This document shows, in pieces, positions 10,901-20,873 of a stretch of DNA of 64,000 nt (positions within the stretch are counted from its first letter, which is position 1; every line of letters starts with the position of its first letter). The notes under the pieces are model-generated. The model ran no database searches. It was not told the origin of the DNA and saw only the letters and a program-made list of their open reading frames with translations. The DNA lies in contig OZ243961.1 in NCBI GenBank assembly GCA_965214605.1, forward strand, positions 3,456,001 to 3,520,000. Direction: 5' to 3'. Origin of the DNA: an uncultured Candidatus Binatia bacterium (GTDB taxonomy: Bacteria; Desulfobacterota; Binatia; Bin18). The translations under genes were made by a program, and so were the position numbers.

Positions 10901-11335
10901 TCAGTACAGGGGACAGGATAACAGGGGGCCTGCTGAGGCGAATCCGTTCTGTGCCAGTAGCTCTTGGTCTGGTTGGTCGGATTGTCCCCACAGCTGTTGA
11001 CAGCCCCGCTTGCAGGCCCGGGCCTTGGCAAAGTCGAGCAGGGCCTGAGCGATGTCTTGGCTTGCGGTGGGACGAACGATCATGTCGAGAAGCGCTTGCC
11101 AGCCGGACGATCTGAGTGTCCGTACATAACACACCAGCAGCATACCCTGAACGGCGCCGGCCTGTTCGGCGATGTAGAAGTCAAGGGTCGGATCACTCGC
11201 CAGGCGTCGCCAGTGGCGGGTTTCGGCTCGGCTAATTGGCCCAGGCGTGCTTGGGGTGGTGAGTATCCGCAGGGCGGGTATATCGGTTCGTTTTGCGCGG
11301 CGTATACGGAGTCTGTCGTCCGGTCGCTGAGCCAT
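10901..11335 (-). CDS. GNAT-family N-acetyltransferase-like protein
   Basis: IRRAKRTDIPAL, FYIAEQAGAVQG, IAQALLDFAKARACKRGC pattern. Confidence 0.65.
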   Translation of the reverse strand: MAQRPDDRLRIRRAKRTDIPALRILTTPSTPGPISRAETRHWRRLASDPTLDFYIAEQAGAVQGMLLVCYVRTLRSSGWQALLDMIVRPTASQDIAQALLDFAKARACKRGCQQLWGQSDQPDQELLAQNGFASAGPLLSCPLY

Positions 11336-11490
11336 AGCCCGGAGCACCCTAGCATAAAGCCCGCTTGCAGGGAAGGAATGCTAAGGGTCCTGCCCGCACC
11401 TCGCTGTTTGCCGCTCTTTACGTTTGGAGTATGACCGTTTAGGTTTCAGACATCTCGACTGGCCATGCTCTTGAAGCACTTTTGGATCCC

Positions 11491-12789
11491 ATGCCTGCTC
11501 AGTCTCACCGCCTGACCATTGATCGCCTATCCCACGGTCCAGCTGGCATCGGTCGGATTGACGGAAAGGTGGTTTTTGTGCCCGGCACGGTGCCCGGCGA
11601 TACGGTTGAGGTGGTGATTGAGGAGGACAAAAAGACTTACGCTGTCGCCCGTCTTGTCTCCGTCGAACAGCCCTCAGCCCAGCGCCGGCAAGCCCCGTGT
11701 CCCTATATTCCTCGGTGTGGCGGCTGTCCCTGGCAGCATATACGCTATGATGAGCAACTCCGAGCCAAACAAGCGCTGGTCGAGGAGCAGATGCGACGGA
11801 TTGGCGGACTGATCAAGCCACCGGTTCTGCCCATTATTCCCAGTCCCCAGGAGTGGTCCTATCGACACCGTATCCGGCTACGGACCGAGCCGCCGGCCCG
11901 GTTGGGCTTTTACCAGGCCCGCTCACACGACTTGGTTGAGATTGAGTCGTGCCGTATCGCCGGGGAGACGAACCCACAACAGCTGAGGACGGCCCGCCAA
12001 TGGTTGGCCGTGTTGCGAACGACCGTACGGCGGCTTGAGCTGTTGAGCGGCGAGGTCAGAGCTGGCCTCGAGGCGTCTCGAACCGTGCTCGTCGGTAATG
12101 CCGAGGGGCCGTTCCAAGCCGCCGATGCTGCGACGTGTCGGCGTTTTCTGAACAAGCACTCCGAGCTTGGCGGGCTGGTGCTGTTTGGCCGCGGCTGGCG
12201 CCGTGAGTGGGGCCAGATTGGGATTAGCCTGGACCTCGGCGTTGATAATCTGCGGCTGTCTGTCAGCAGCGGGGTCTTTACCCAGGTGAATCTGGCCGGC
12301 AACCGGATCCTGATTGAAACCGTGCTGCGACTCGGCGACTTCAGCCCCCACGACCGTGTTATCGAACTCTACTGTGGGGCTGGGAATCTGAGCCTCCCGA
12401 TCGCCTCTCGGGTGGAGGGGCTGACTGGGATAGAGCGGGATCGGGTGGCGGTTGCCAATGCCCGCGCAAATGCGGCTCGGTTCGGTTTTACCACGCTGCG
12501 TTTTGTGCATGCCTCGGTACGCCAGGGCATCGACGCTCTACTCAGGAGCGGACAGCGGGCCGACGTCCTTGTCCTGGACCCGTCCCGGGCCGGAGCCGCC
12601 GATATTATCGACCGTCTGCCGCGGCTGGAGGCGCGTAAGATCGTCTATGTTTCGTGTGATCCAGCCACTCTGGCCCGGGATATACGTCACCTCGGACAGT
12701 ACCGCTATCGGCTTGCCGCCCTCCAACCCATCGACCTTTTTCCCCATACCCACCATGTGGAGACGGTTGCGCTCGCCGTATTGACTTGA
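11491..12789 (+). CDS. rlmD: 23S rRNA (uracil-C5)-methyltransferase RlmD/TrmA family with TRAM domain
   Basis: TRAM N-terminus, CPYIPRCGGCPWQH Fe-S motif, FTQVN, LYCGAG, YVSCDPATLARD, DLFPHTHHVE. Confidence 0.92.
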   Translation: MPAQSHRLTIDRLSHGPAGIGRIDGKVVFVPGTVPGDTVEVVIEEDKKTYAVARLVSVEQPSAQRRQAPCPYIPRCGGCPWQHIRYDEQLRAKQALVEEQMRRIGGLIKPPVLPIIPSPQEWSYRHRIRLRTEPPARLGFYQARSHDLVEIESCRIAGETNPQQLRTARQWLAVLRTTVRRLELLSGEVRAGLEASRTVLVGNAEGPFQAADAATCRRFLNKHSELGGLVLFGRGWRREWGQIGISLDLGVDNLRLSVSSGVFTQVNLAGNRILIETVLRLGDFSPHDRVIELYCGAGNLSLPIASRVEGLTGIERDRVAVANARANAARFGFTTLRFVHASVRQGIDALLRSGQRADVLVLDPSRAGAADIIDRLPRLEARKIVYVSCDPATLARDIRHLGQYRYRLAALQPIDLFPHTHHVETVALAVLT

Positions 12790-12809
12790 AGATGTCCACT
12801 CCCTATGCT
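12781..12809 (+). promoter_or_regulatory. Sigma70-type promoter
   Basis: TTGACT-17 nt-TATGCT upstream of the 12886 ORF. Confidence 0.55.
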
Positions 12810-12885
12810 TCCCAGCTCCAGTTGAGAAATTCCAGTGTGTGGCAGAGGACGTAGCAATAGGCTGCGTATGAGTTGGAGGCATGCC

Positions 12886-13152
12886 GTGTCAACGACGACC
12901 CAAAAGAGCCCAAACCAAGAAAGCCCAAAACGACCAAAGGTCACCCTTATTCCTGGCAGAGGTATCTCCCAGACGATTAACTATTTGCTCGAAGACCGCA
13001 GTGAGCTGGAGTGGCTTGTCGCGGTTGGACGCAATAAAAAAGGCGAGATTTTCTTCTACGATACTGGCGGGGATATTATTGAGGATCTCGGCGCGCTTGA
13101 GTATTTAAAACAGCGTCTTACACGCTCTCACCTCAGTGAAGAGTGGGAATAG
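12886..13152 (+). CDS. Hypothetical protein (88 aa)
   Basis: GGAGG RBS before GTG; globular-looking composition; own promoter. Confidence 0.65.
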   Translation: MSTTTQKSPNQESPKRPKVTLIPGRGISQTINYLLEDRSELEWLVAVGRNKKGEIFFYDTGGDIIEDLGALEYLKQRLTRSHLSEEWE

Positions 13153-13196
13153 AGAGGTGAGAGTCGGGCCGCGTATCAAACCGTAGACAGGTCCTT

Positions 13197-13595
13197 TTAG
13201 TCATCCGGAGCCTCGGTCGGCTGCCCGGCAATGATCTGCTCGCCCTCAATTGTGAGCGGCACTCTGGCTAAGAACTGTCCACACGGCGGACCAAAAATAC
13301 ACTCGCCAGTATCCGGCTCATAGGCCGCGCCGTGGGTGGCGCATAGGATATAGCGGCCGTCTTCATTCAGCAACTGATTTTCAACCCAGTCCATCGTCAT
13401 CGGGACGTGGCGGCAGCTGTTGACATAGGCAAACAGCTCACCCTTGTAGTTCACGATGAAGCACTCGGTTTCTCGTCCGTTTACCGTGCGAATGAATTTC
13501 TTGGTGCACCCGGGTTTTATTTCGCCCAGCTGAGCGACGACCCGTCCCCTCGTGTAGAGCAGTTCGCTTTGCCCGTCATCGTCCTGATACGCCAC
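13197..13595 (-). CDS. Rieske 2Fe-2S domain protein
   Basis: CRH and CATHG Rieske ligands, GECIFGP. Confidence 0.93.
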   Translation of the reverse strand: MAYQDDDGQSELLYTRGRVVAQLGEIKPGCTKKFIRTVNGRETECFIVNYKGELFAYVNSCRHVPMTMDWVENQLLNEDGRYILCATHGAAYEPDTGECIFGPPCGQFLARVPLTIEGEQIIAGQPTEAPDD

Positions 13596-13680
13596 CTTGG
13601 TCTCCCATCTTGCCCGACTGTTGTAACATAGCGGTCAACATAGCATAAGGAGGCGAAGGCAAAAGTCGGGAGAAAGGCGG

Positions 13681-14316
13681 ATGGCAAACGGCAAACGGCA
13701 AACGGCAAAACGAGCGGTGGGCGGATTAGCGGCAGGTCTAGCGCTCTGTTGGGCGTTGGTTGCGAGGGCCCAAGATGGTGCTCCGGTGCCACCGTTGGAA
13801 GCCGGTCTGGTGCTGACCTTGCATCCGATTTTTGTCCATTTTGCGGTGGCGCTGACGGTATGTGGCTGTGTGCTGGACTGCGCGGGCAGTCTGTGCCGTC
13901 AGCTCAACTGGCAACGGCTTGGACGCCCGAGTTTCTTTGCCGGAGTTGGGGCTATGGGCTTGGCTGTGCTGAGCGGTTGGATCGAACAACAGCTCCCCCA
14001 GCCGAACAGTGTTTTTGATGCCCAGATTCAGGATTTGCTCATCTATCACGAGTACCTTGGATATGGTCTCCTCGGATTTTTTCTTGTGCTGGCGGTGATT
14101 CGGGCTCAGATCGATGAGCGTCTACCGCTGTTTTTTGTGATTCTGACCGGGGTCGGACTCGGCGGACTTGTCCTTCAGGGGCATTGGGGAGGGGAATTGG
14201 TGTACCGCTACGGGACGAGTGTGCGAGCCGTACACATCCTGAGCCAACCACACTCCGAGTTGAAAAACAAAACAGCCCCCAAGAACGCCTCCGGGGCTGT
14301 TGGGGGGCAAGAATAA
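13681..14316 (+). CDS. DUF2231-like membrane protein
   Basis: LHPIFVHFAVAL, four hydrophobic helices, GHWGGELVYRYG. Confidence 0.8.
   Translation: MANGKRQTAKRAVGGLAAGLALCWALVARAQDGAPVPPLEAGLVLTLHPIFVHFAVALTVCGCVLDCAGSLCRQLNWQRLGRPSFFAGVGAMGLAVLSGWIEQQLPQPNSVFDAQIQDLLIYHEYLGYGLLGFFLVLAVIRAQIDERLPLFFVILTGVGLGGLVLQGHWGGELVYRYGTSVRAVHILSQPHSELKNKTAPKNASGAVGGQE
14262..14301 (-). terminator. Rho-independent terminator after the CDGSH gene
   Basis: Minus strand AACAGCCCC...GGGGCTGTT followed by TTGTTTTT. Confidence 0.65.
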
Positions 14317-14322
14317 AGGGTC

Positions 14323-14526
14323 TTAGCCCGCAGTTTCTTCAGCCACAAATCCACACGTCTGGTGCGTGCCATCACAAAACGGTTTATTGGAGGACTGACC
14401 GCAGCGGCACAGGTACATGGGGTCTTCTTGGCCGGTATATTCAGCCCGCTTCTGATCGGTAAGTTTTGCGCCACCACGCACCTCATACGGACCGTTTTTC
14501 AGTGCACGAATCATCACATCTGCCAT
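14323..14526 (-). CDS. CDGSH iron-sulfur domain protein
   Basis: LCRCGQSSNKPFCDGTH motif; AAGGAGG RBS. Confidence 0.93.
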   Translation of the reverse strand: MADVMIRALKNGPYEVRGGAKLTDQKRAEYTGQEDPMYLCRCGQSSNKPFCDGTHQTCGFVAEETAG

Positions 14527-14655
14527 ACATTTCCCTCCTTAGAAGTATGAAAAAGTGCCCTATCGGTTCGGCGTCTGGATTATGGCATACCTCCTGCCGA
14601 GCTGCAATCTCTGGCCTATGTGTCCGGGACTTCTAGCATATGAATTGTTGAGGAT

Positions 14656-15786
14656 TCACTCGCCCTCGTCCTGCGCCGGGTGCGGCTCGGGCGATAGGCC
14701 GAACGGCTCAAGCGACAGGCTAGTCTGGCCGGTCGTAATCAGCTCGCTGATCAGCCGACCGGTAATCGGGGCCAGGAGAATACCGTTGCGATGATGGCCG
14801 GTGGCCAGGACAACGTTGTCCAAACCGGGTGCCCGCCCCAATATCGGTCGCCGGGTCGGAGAGTAGGGGCGCAAGCCCGCCCAGCAGCGGCTGAGTGGGG
14901 CTTTGCCGATACCTGGGACCACGCTGTCGGCCCATTCGGCTAAGCGCCGAATCGCTTCGACTGTCACGTCCTTGTTATAGCCGATAAATTCAACCGTAGA
15001 GCCAAGAATGATCTCACCGTCCTTGCGCGGCACCAGATAGCGGTCGCCGCTTGAAATGACATGACGGAGTTGGTCTGTGCGAAGGGCCAGCATTTGTCCC
15101 TTAGCTGGCCGGACCGGGATCGTCAGGTCAAACAGCGCGCCGACTTGGCCGGACCACGATCCGGCCGCGATCACAACGGTATCAGTACTCACCCAGTCGT
15201 TTCCGATCCGAATCTCACCGACCCGCCCGCTGCGGATACGAACTTCGTTAACCGTTGTCCCTGTGTGGAGGCTGACCCCACGTTGCCGTGCAGCTTGAGC
15301 CCAGGCTTGGGCCAGCTTGCCGTTGTGTAGGTGGTGATCTGCGGCAAAATGGACGGCCGCCCGCAAGGCCGGCGTGAGGCTTGGTTCGCGGTGCCGGGCC
15401 GCTTCGGCCGATAGCCAGCTCACGGCGTGGCCCTGTTCGTAGCGAAGTTCGTACAAGCGTCGGTAGTGCTGCTCGTCCGCTTCGGTCAGCAGAATCTCGA
15501 GCACACCGGGGGTTTGGTACTCAATATCGATCCCGGTACGTTCTTCCAACTCACGAATAAGGGCCGGATAGAGGGCCTGGCTCGCGCTTTTAAGCCGATA
15601 CATCGGACCGCTTTTGGACCCGCCACTGGTTGCGGCCAGTATCCCGGCCGCGGCTGCCGACGCTTCTTGGCCGCCCTGATTCTTGTCCAGCAGCCAGGTG
15701 CGGACGTTTTGCCCCGCCAGGTGATAGGCCACCGAGATGCCGATGAGACCTCCGCCGATAACGACGGCATCTGTTGCGATTGCCAT
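14656..15786 (-). CDS. thiO: Glycine oxidase ThiO-like FAD oxidoreductase
   Basis: IGGGLIG, ASAAAAGIL, PAKGQ, YLVPR, WAGLRP, GHHRNGILLAPITG. Confidence 0.85.
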   Translation of the reverse strand: MAIATDAVVIGGGLIGISVAYHLAGQNVRTWLLDKNQGGQEASAAAAGILAATSGGSKSGPMYRLKSASQALYPALIRELEERTGIDIEYQTPGVLEILLTEADEQHYRRLYELRYEQGHAVSWLSAEAARHREPSLTPALRAAVHFAADHHLHNGKLAQAWAQAARQRGVSLHTGTTVNEVRIRSGRVGEIRIGNDWVSTDTVVIAAGSWSGQVGALFDLTIPVRPAKGQMLALRTDQLRHVISSGDRYLVPRKDGEIILGSTVEFIGYNKDVTVEAIRRLAEWADSVVPGIGKAPLSRCWAGLRPYSPTRRPILGRAPGLDNVVLATGHHRNGILLAPITGRLISELITTGQTSLSLEPFGLSPEPHPAQDEGE

Positions 15787-15824
15787 AGCCGGTTATTGTA
15801 ACGAGGGGGTGCAGAAAGAAAAGA

Positions 15825-16688
15825 TCAAGACGACCCCGTGGTGAAGGCCGGGAGCCGGCCGCTGAGCAGGCCGCCGAGCTCGGCGGCCGCAATACGCAGG
15901 CCCAGATAAAAGGCCCCAAACAGACCATACATCGCGCTGGCCTCATCAAAGCGCATCTCATATACCAGCTGCTTAAAGACCCGTGGGTCATCGGCAAACA
16001 GATCTACGCCCCACTCCCAGTCGTCAAAGCCGACCGAGCCGGAAATAATCTGATTGACCCGACCGGCGTAGCGTCGGCCAACCAAACCGTGTTCACGCAT
16101 CATTTTCTGTCGCTCAATAATCGGTACGTGGTACCAATTGTGGACCTCTCCCCGTTTTTTATCCATCGGGTAGAAGCACAGATAGCGGCGGGCCGGGATA
16201 GCAGGCGCAATACGCGCGGCCATGGCCCGACGCTGGCGTTCGAGTTCGGCCTGTACCGCCTCGTCCCACTCCGGCGTATATGCCTGAAGCCCTTGCTCGT
16301 GTAGCGCCGTGTACAGCCGCACCGAGGCTTCGTATAAGCCCAACTCAACCGTTGACACATACGAGGTGCTCGGCTCAAGAAATTCTAGGAGTTTCAGCTG
16401 GGCGAGGCGCAGTTCGACCGCATTTAACTCATCCAAGCTGGACCGGAAATGGACTAGCATCAGATCGCCCTTGTGACCGAGTTGAGAGAACACGGCACTG
16501 GTGTCCGAGCCTTCCATCTCGGTCAACACGCGGGCGGCGTCTTCTACCACCGCCTGCTGCTCGGTAGCTGGCACGGCTTTCCAGAGCGACCAGCGGATGC
16601 GAAACATCTGGTGCAGAATCGCAGACCCGTCAAGGGTGAGCGGGACAGGGGGGAGAAAAGGGGGGGGGTGAGCGTGATCGGCTGTCAT
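15825..16688 (-). CDS. chdC: Coproheme decarboxylase / chlorite dismutase family (ChdC/HemQ)
   Basis: LGHKGDLML, FYPMDKKR, MMREHG, GFDDWEWGV, YEMRFDEASA. Confidence 0.88.
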   Translation of the reverse strand: MTADHAHPPPFLPPVPLTLDGSAILHQMFRIRWSLWKAVPATEQQAVVEDAARVLTEMEGSDTSAVFSQLGHKGDLMLVHFRSSLDELNAVELRLAQLKLLEFLEPSTSYVSTVELGLYEASVRLYTALHEQGLQAYTPEWDEAVQAELERQRRAMAARIAPAIPARRYLCFYPMDKKRGEVHNWYHVPIIERQKMMREHGLVGRRYAGRVNQIISGSVGFDDWEWGVDLFADDPRVFKQLVYEMRFDEASAMYGLFGAFYLGLRIAAAELGGLLSGRLPAFTTGSS

Positions 16689-16762
16689 ACGCGCTTCCTC
16701 ATTGTGTCACAATCTTTATCTTTCATCTAACGGCTGTGGTATGAGCTGTCAAAAGGGAAGCA

Positions 16763-18715
16763 ATGAGTTCGGTGAGAAAAAAATCTCATGAGCCGGGCAG
16801 AAGTGGGAGTTGCGGCTGGGTGTCGGATTGGCAGACGTTCTGGACCACGAGGCGTGCTGACATTTTTCAGGCTGTGTCTCGCTTTGTGCCGAACGCGGGT
16901 CGCGGCCAACGCCAGGCTTGGCGCGACTCAATTCGTATCTTGCAGCAGAGTCTGAGGCAGGTGCCCGAGTCGGTCCAAGATTTGAGCGTCATCCTCGAAT
17001 ATGCACTGTCCCGCCAAGCGCGCCGGGCCGATGCGATTGTCTGCGGTAAGGGCAGCCTTGCCGTGCTTGAGTTTAAAAGTAAAACCAGTCCCAGCCGGGC
17101 CGACTTAGATCAAACCCTGGCCTATGCCCGCGACCTCAGGTGCTATCATCGCCAGTGCGCCACACGACCTGTGCGCGCCGTCTTGGTGCTGACCCGAGCC
17201 AAGCAGTCCTATCAAGAACTTGACGGTGTGACGCTTGTTGACCCTGACCGGTTGATCACGGTGCTGTCTCACCTCGCCCAAGGTTCGGCCCCGGCGATTG
17301 CCTCACGCGCCTTTCTCAATGACGAGGCCTACGCGCCCCTCCCGAGCCTCGTACAGGCCGCCCGCCATCTGTTTGCCCAGCGGCGTATTCCTCCGATGTG
17401 GCGGGCGGCCGCGGCCACAGACCCAGCTGTTGAGTGTCTGGCAACAATCGTCCGCCAGGCTGCGCAAACAAAAACCCGCCGACTAGCATTGCTCACCGGT
17501 GTTCCTGGATCGGGTAAGACCTTGGTCGGCCTGCGGCTCGTCCACGCCCGCTTTCTTGATGATGTGGCGGTCTCACGCGAACTGGACCTCCCCGCCCCGG
17601 CCGTTTTTCTGTCCGGCAATAGGCCCCTAGTCCAGGTTCTCCAACACGCCTTGCGCGAGGCTGGTGGCGGAGGCCGGGTGTTTGTCCAAGATCTGAAAAA
17701 CTACGTCAAAACCTACACCGCAAAAAAATTGGCGGTTCCACCCGAGCACGTGTTTGTCTTTGACGAAGCCCAACGCGCTTGGGACGCCGAGCAGGTAGCG
17801 CGCAAGCACGGGTATACGGACCCGGTAAGGTCCGCGCGGTCCGAACCCGAGCATGTGATTGCATTTGCCGAACGTGTTCCAGACTGGTGTGTGGTAGTGG
17901 GGCTGATAGGAGTTGGACAAGAGATTCACATCGGCGAGGAGGGTGGTCTTCAGCAGTGGCGTCTGGCCGTGACCCGAGCCGGTGAGCCCGGCCGCTGGCA
18001 GGTTCATGTGCCTCCGAGTCTGATGGACGTGTTCACCTCCAGTTTTGCATTTGAGGTTCGGACACACTTAGACCCCGTCCTCAATCTTGATACCGAGCTG
18101 CGCTACCACCTAGCTCCTCAGATCGCCGCCTTTGTTGAGGCGCTAGTGGATTCAGAGGGCCAGGCTCAGGCCGACACATCGGCCGTGCAACTGGCAGACG
18201 TCGCGTTTCAGCACGGCCACCGCTATCTGATCACGCGCGATTTGGCAGCGGCAAAAGCCTATGCCCGGGCGCGTTACGCCGATGCACCAACGGCGCGTTA
18301 CGGGCTGCTGGCCTCTTCGAAAGATCGCGATCTGGTACACTATGGGGTGGATAATACGTTCCGCACGACCCAGCGTTTGCACGTTGGACGATGGTATAAC
18401 CAGCCCGCCGACGCCCCAGATTCGTGTTGCGCCCTTGATCAGGTAGCGACCGAATTTGCTGCCCAGGGTTTAGAGTTGGACCTCGCCATTGTTGCCTGGG
18501 GGACGGATTTTGTACGTCGCTCTGGCCGCTGGTCGATTGAGCGGGCGCGCGGTTTTCGCCGCCCCGTACGCGATCCGTTTCAGCTCCGACAGAACGTCTA
18601 TCGCGTATTGCTGACCCGGGGACGGGACGGAACGGTGATCTACCTGCCTCCGATCGCCTTTCTGGATGAAACCTGGGCCTATCTCCAACAGCTCGGTCTG
18701 CGGCCGCTGGCCTAA
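16763..18715 (+). CDS. DUF2075 (Schlafen group 3-like) helicase with N-terminal nuclease-like domain
   Basis: LEY..RADAIV..VLEFK nuclease-like motif; GVPGSGKT; FDEAQR; QGLELD; YRVLLTRGRDG. Confidence 0.88.
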   Translation: MSSVRKKSHEPGRSGSCGWVSDWQTFWTTRRADIFQAVSRFVPNAGRGQRQAWRDSIRILQQSLRQVPESVQDLSVILEYALSRQARRADAIVCGKGSLAVLEFKSKTSPSRADLDQTLAYARDLRCYHRQCATRPVRAVLVLTRAKQSYQELDGVTLVDPDRLITVLSHLAQGSAPAIASRAFLNDEAYAPLPSLVQAARHLFAQRRIPPMWRAAAATDPAVECLATIVRQAAQTKTRRLALLTGVPGSGKTLVGLRLVHARFLDDVAVSRELDLPAPAVFLSGNRPLVQVLQHALREAGGGGRVFVQDLKNYVKTYTAKKLAVPPEHVFVFDEAQRAWDAEQVARKHGYTDPVRSARSEPEHVIAFAERVPDWCVVVGLIGVGQEIHIGEEGGLQQWRLAVTRAGEPGRWQVHVPPSLMDVFTSSFAFEVRTHLDPVLNLDTELRYHLAPQIAAFVEALVDSEGQAQADTSAVQLADVAFQHGHRYLITRDLAAAKAYARARYADAPTARYGLLASSKDRDLVHYGVDNTFRTTQRLHVGRWYNQPADAPDSCCALDQVATEFAAQGLELDLAIVAWGTDFVRRSGRWSIERARGFRRPVRDPFQLRQNVYRVLLTRGRDGTVIYLPPIAFLDETWAYLQQLGLRPLA

Positions 18716-18797
18716 AGCCCGCGCTTTCTTCCGGGCGTTGCCCTGTGCTAGAGTCCGACAGTATTCTGTCTTGCGATATTTTAAGGAGGGGACAACA

Positions 18798-20012
18798 ATG
18801 GCGAGACCTCTGGATGGCATCCGAGTGCTGGACTGGACAATTTTTCAGCAGGGACCGGTGGCAACCATGATGCTCGGCGACTTGGGGGCCGAGGTGATTA
18901 AAATTGAAGAGCGGGTTGGGGGTGATCCTGGTCGTGGAGTGATGCAGATTGCTGGCAGTAAAACCGGTGGCACAAAACGCAACTACTACTTTGAGGCCAA
19001 TAACCGGCAGAAAAAGAGTCTGACCCTTGATCTCAAAAAACCCCAGGCCCGGGAGATCGTCTATCAACTGGTCAAAAAATCTGACGTTTTTGTCCAGAAT
19101 TTTCGCAAAGGCGTAGCCGCCAAGCTGGGCATCGATTACCAGACCTTATCCCGCCACAACCCCCAGCTGATTTACGCTAGTGCGACCGGCTACGGTCCCA
19201 ATGGACCGGACTCCGGGGAGCCGTCGTTTGACTACATGGGTCTGGCCCGTTCCGGAATCATGAATACGGTCGGAGAGCCGAACATGGCCCCGATGAATAT
19301 CACCGGCGGTATCGCTGACCAGATGGGCGCTATCATGCTCGCCCACGGTATTGTTGTGGCACTGTTAGCGCGCGAACGTTTGGGCGTTGGCCAAGAGGTG
19401 AACACCTCCCACTTGGGCAGCATGATGGCTCTCCAGGGATTGAATCTGGCCTGTCGTCTGACCCTGGGCAAAGAGTTTAAGCGCTTCTATCGGACCGAGG
19501 CGGTCAATCCGCTCTGGAATCACTACAAGTGTCAGGATGAGAAGTGGCTTTGTCTGGCCATGCCGCAGGCCGACCGGTACTGGTCGGATTTCTGCAAAGC
19601 ACTGGGTATCTCCCACCTTGAAAAAGACCCGCGTTTCGAGACTATGCGGGCCCGGGGTAAGAACGCCAAGGAGCTGATCGGCATTCTGGACGAGATCTGG
19701 GCCGGTAAACCCCGCGATGAGTGGATGCGCATCCTGAAAAACGGCGGTGACTTTATCTATACCATCGTCAATAGCATCAACGATCTGCCCGACGATCAGC
19801 AGATGATCGACAACGACTACGTGGTTGACTACGATCATCCGTCCTGGGGACCGAGCAAGATTGTAGGCTCGCCGCTCATCCTGAGCAAAACACCGGCCGA
19901 TCCCAAGGCACCGGCGCCCGAGTTTGGGGAGCACTCGGAGCGGATTCTGATTGACCTCTTGGACTATTCCTGGGAACAGATCGGTCAGCTCAGAGAGCAA
20001 GAAGTGATTTAG
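18798..20012 (+). CDS. CaiB/BaiF family III CoA-transferase
   Basis: PLDGIRVLD, LGDLGAEVIKIE, NRQKKSLTLDLK, FVQNFR; AAGGAGG RBS. Confidence 0.95.
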   Translation: MARPLDGIRVLDWTIFQQGPVATMMLGDLGAEVIKIEERVGGDPGRGVMQIAGSKTGGTKRNYYFEANNRQKKSLTLDLKKPQAREIVYQLVKKSDVFVQNFRKGVAAKLGIDYQTLSRHNPQLIYASATGYGPNGPDSGEPSFDYMGLARSGIMNTVGEPNMAPMNITGGIADQMGAIMLAHGIVVALLARERLGVGQEVNTSHLGSMMALQGLNLACRLTLGKEFKRFYRTEAVNPLWNHYKCQDEKWLCLAMPQADRYWSDFCKALGISHLEKDPRFETMRARGKNAKELIGILDEIWAGKPRDEWMRILKNGGDFIYTIVNSINDLPDDQQMIDNDYVVDYDHPSWGPSKIVGSPLILSKTPADPKAPAPEFGEHSERILIDLLDYSWEQIGQLREQEVI

Positions 20013-20873
20013 CATCTAGGCCGAGGAAGAGAGCTTGTGTACCATGGAGAGGCCCTGGCTGTGGTTGACGTGCGGATGCCTGCGTCTTTGTCTTGCATCT
20101 GCCTGAGCTGGTGCGGGACAAGGAGTATATCTTGAGCGGCATTCTGGCGAACACCGTCGATGTCTACTGAGGTAGAGACGGACGAGGGTGGTCAAAACCT
20201 TTGGGTAAGGACAAGGGCCGCTCTCTGCCGTGGCCTCCACCCTCCTGCCCACAATCCGGGGAATAGACCTCAATCAGATCATGGCCGTTGTTGATCTGGA
20301 GGCAGGCCAAGAGGTGCTACGCTCTGACTTCTCATAATGAGCGGGCAGGACGAGAGCGCTTGAGGCGCATCCTCACGGGTCTCTTCTTCGCTCAAGAAAG
20401 AGCTTGGCAAATATGAGCTTCTTGAGACCCGCCTGCGGTTCGTTGACGTCGAGGGATGAATATCATGTGAGCAGTGATTATGACGTTCCGTCCCTCTCAA
20501 GAGCAGACTATGACAATTGGGCTTGGATTCTGGACAGATCGAGGTTGGCAGCGACGGCAAACCGTGTAGGTGCGGATTTGCCAGGACTTCTGAGGATAGG
20601 GAGAAGAAGCTGGTAGCGTTCGCATCCGACCTAGCCTGGCAGCGGCAGGTGGCGGAGCAGATATGGAGGAAAGGGAAGGGGTAATTGATCGGGACACAGG
20701 TCCAAGAGTAGCGCATTGATAATGGGGTGTCGGGAGGCTGCCCGGTCTCCGGTTCGCCAATCATCCTCTGGGCCTGTTTGAGAAGCACGGTATCGCAAAA
20801 TCGGGAACTGAAAGTCTTCAGCACTGGCAAGCGGCGTGCCTGGCTGTCTCGGCTATGAAGACAGGCAAGAGAG

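Noticed and set aside
14582-14598. GG-N10-GC sigma54-like motif upstream of the CDGSH gene
   Set aside because: The better match faces away from the gene, and an overlapping minus-strand TTGCAG-17-CATAAT sigma70-type promoter explains the region equally well.
15787-15824. TPP riboswitch upstream of thiO
   Set aside because: The intergenic gap is only 38 bp, too short for the aptamer.
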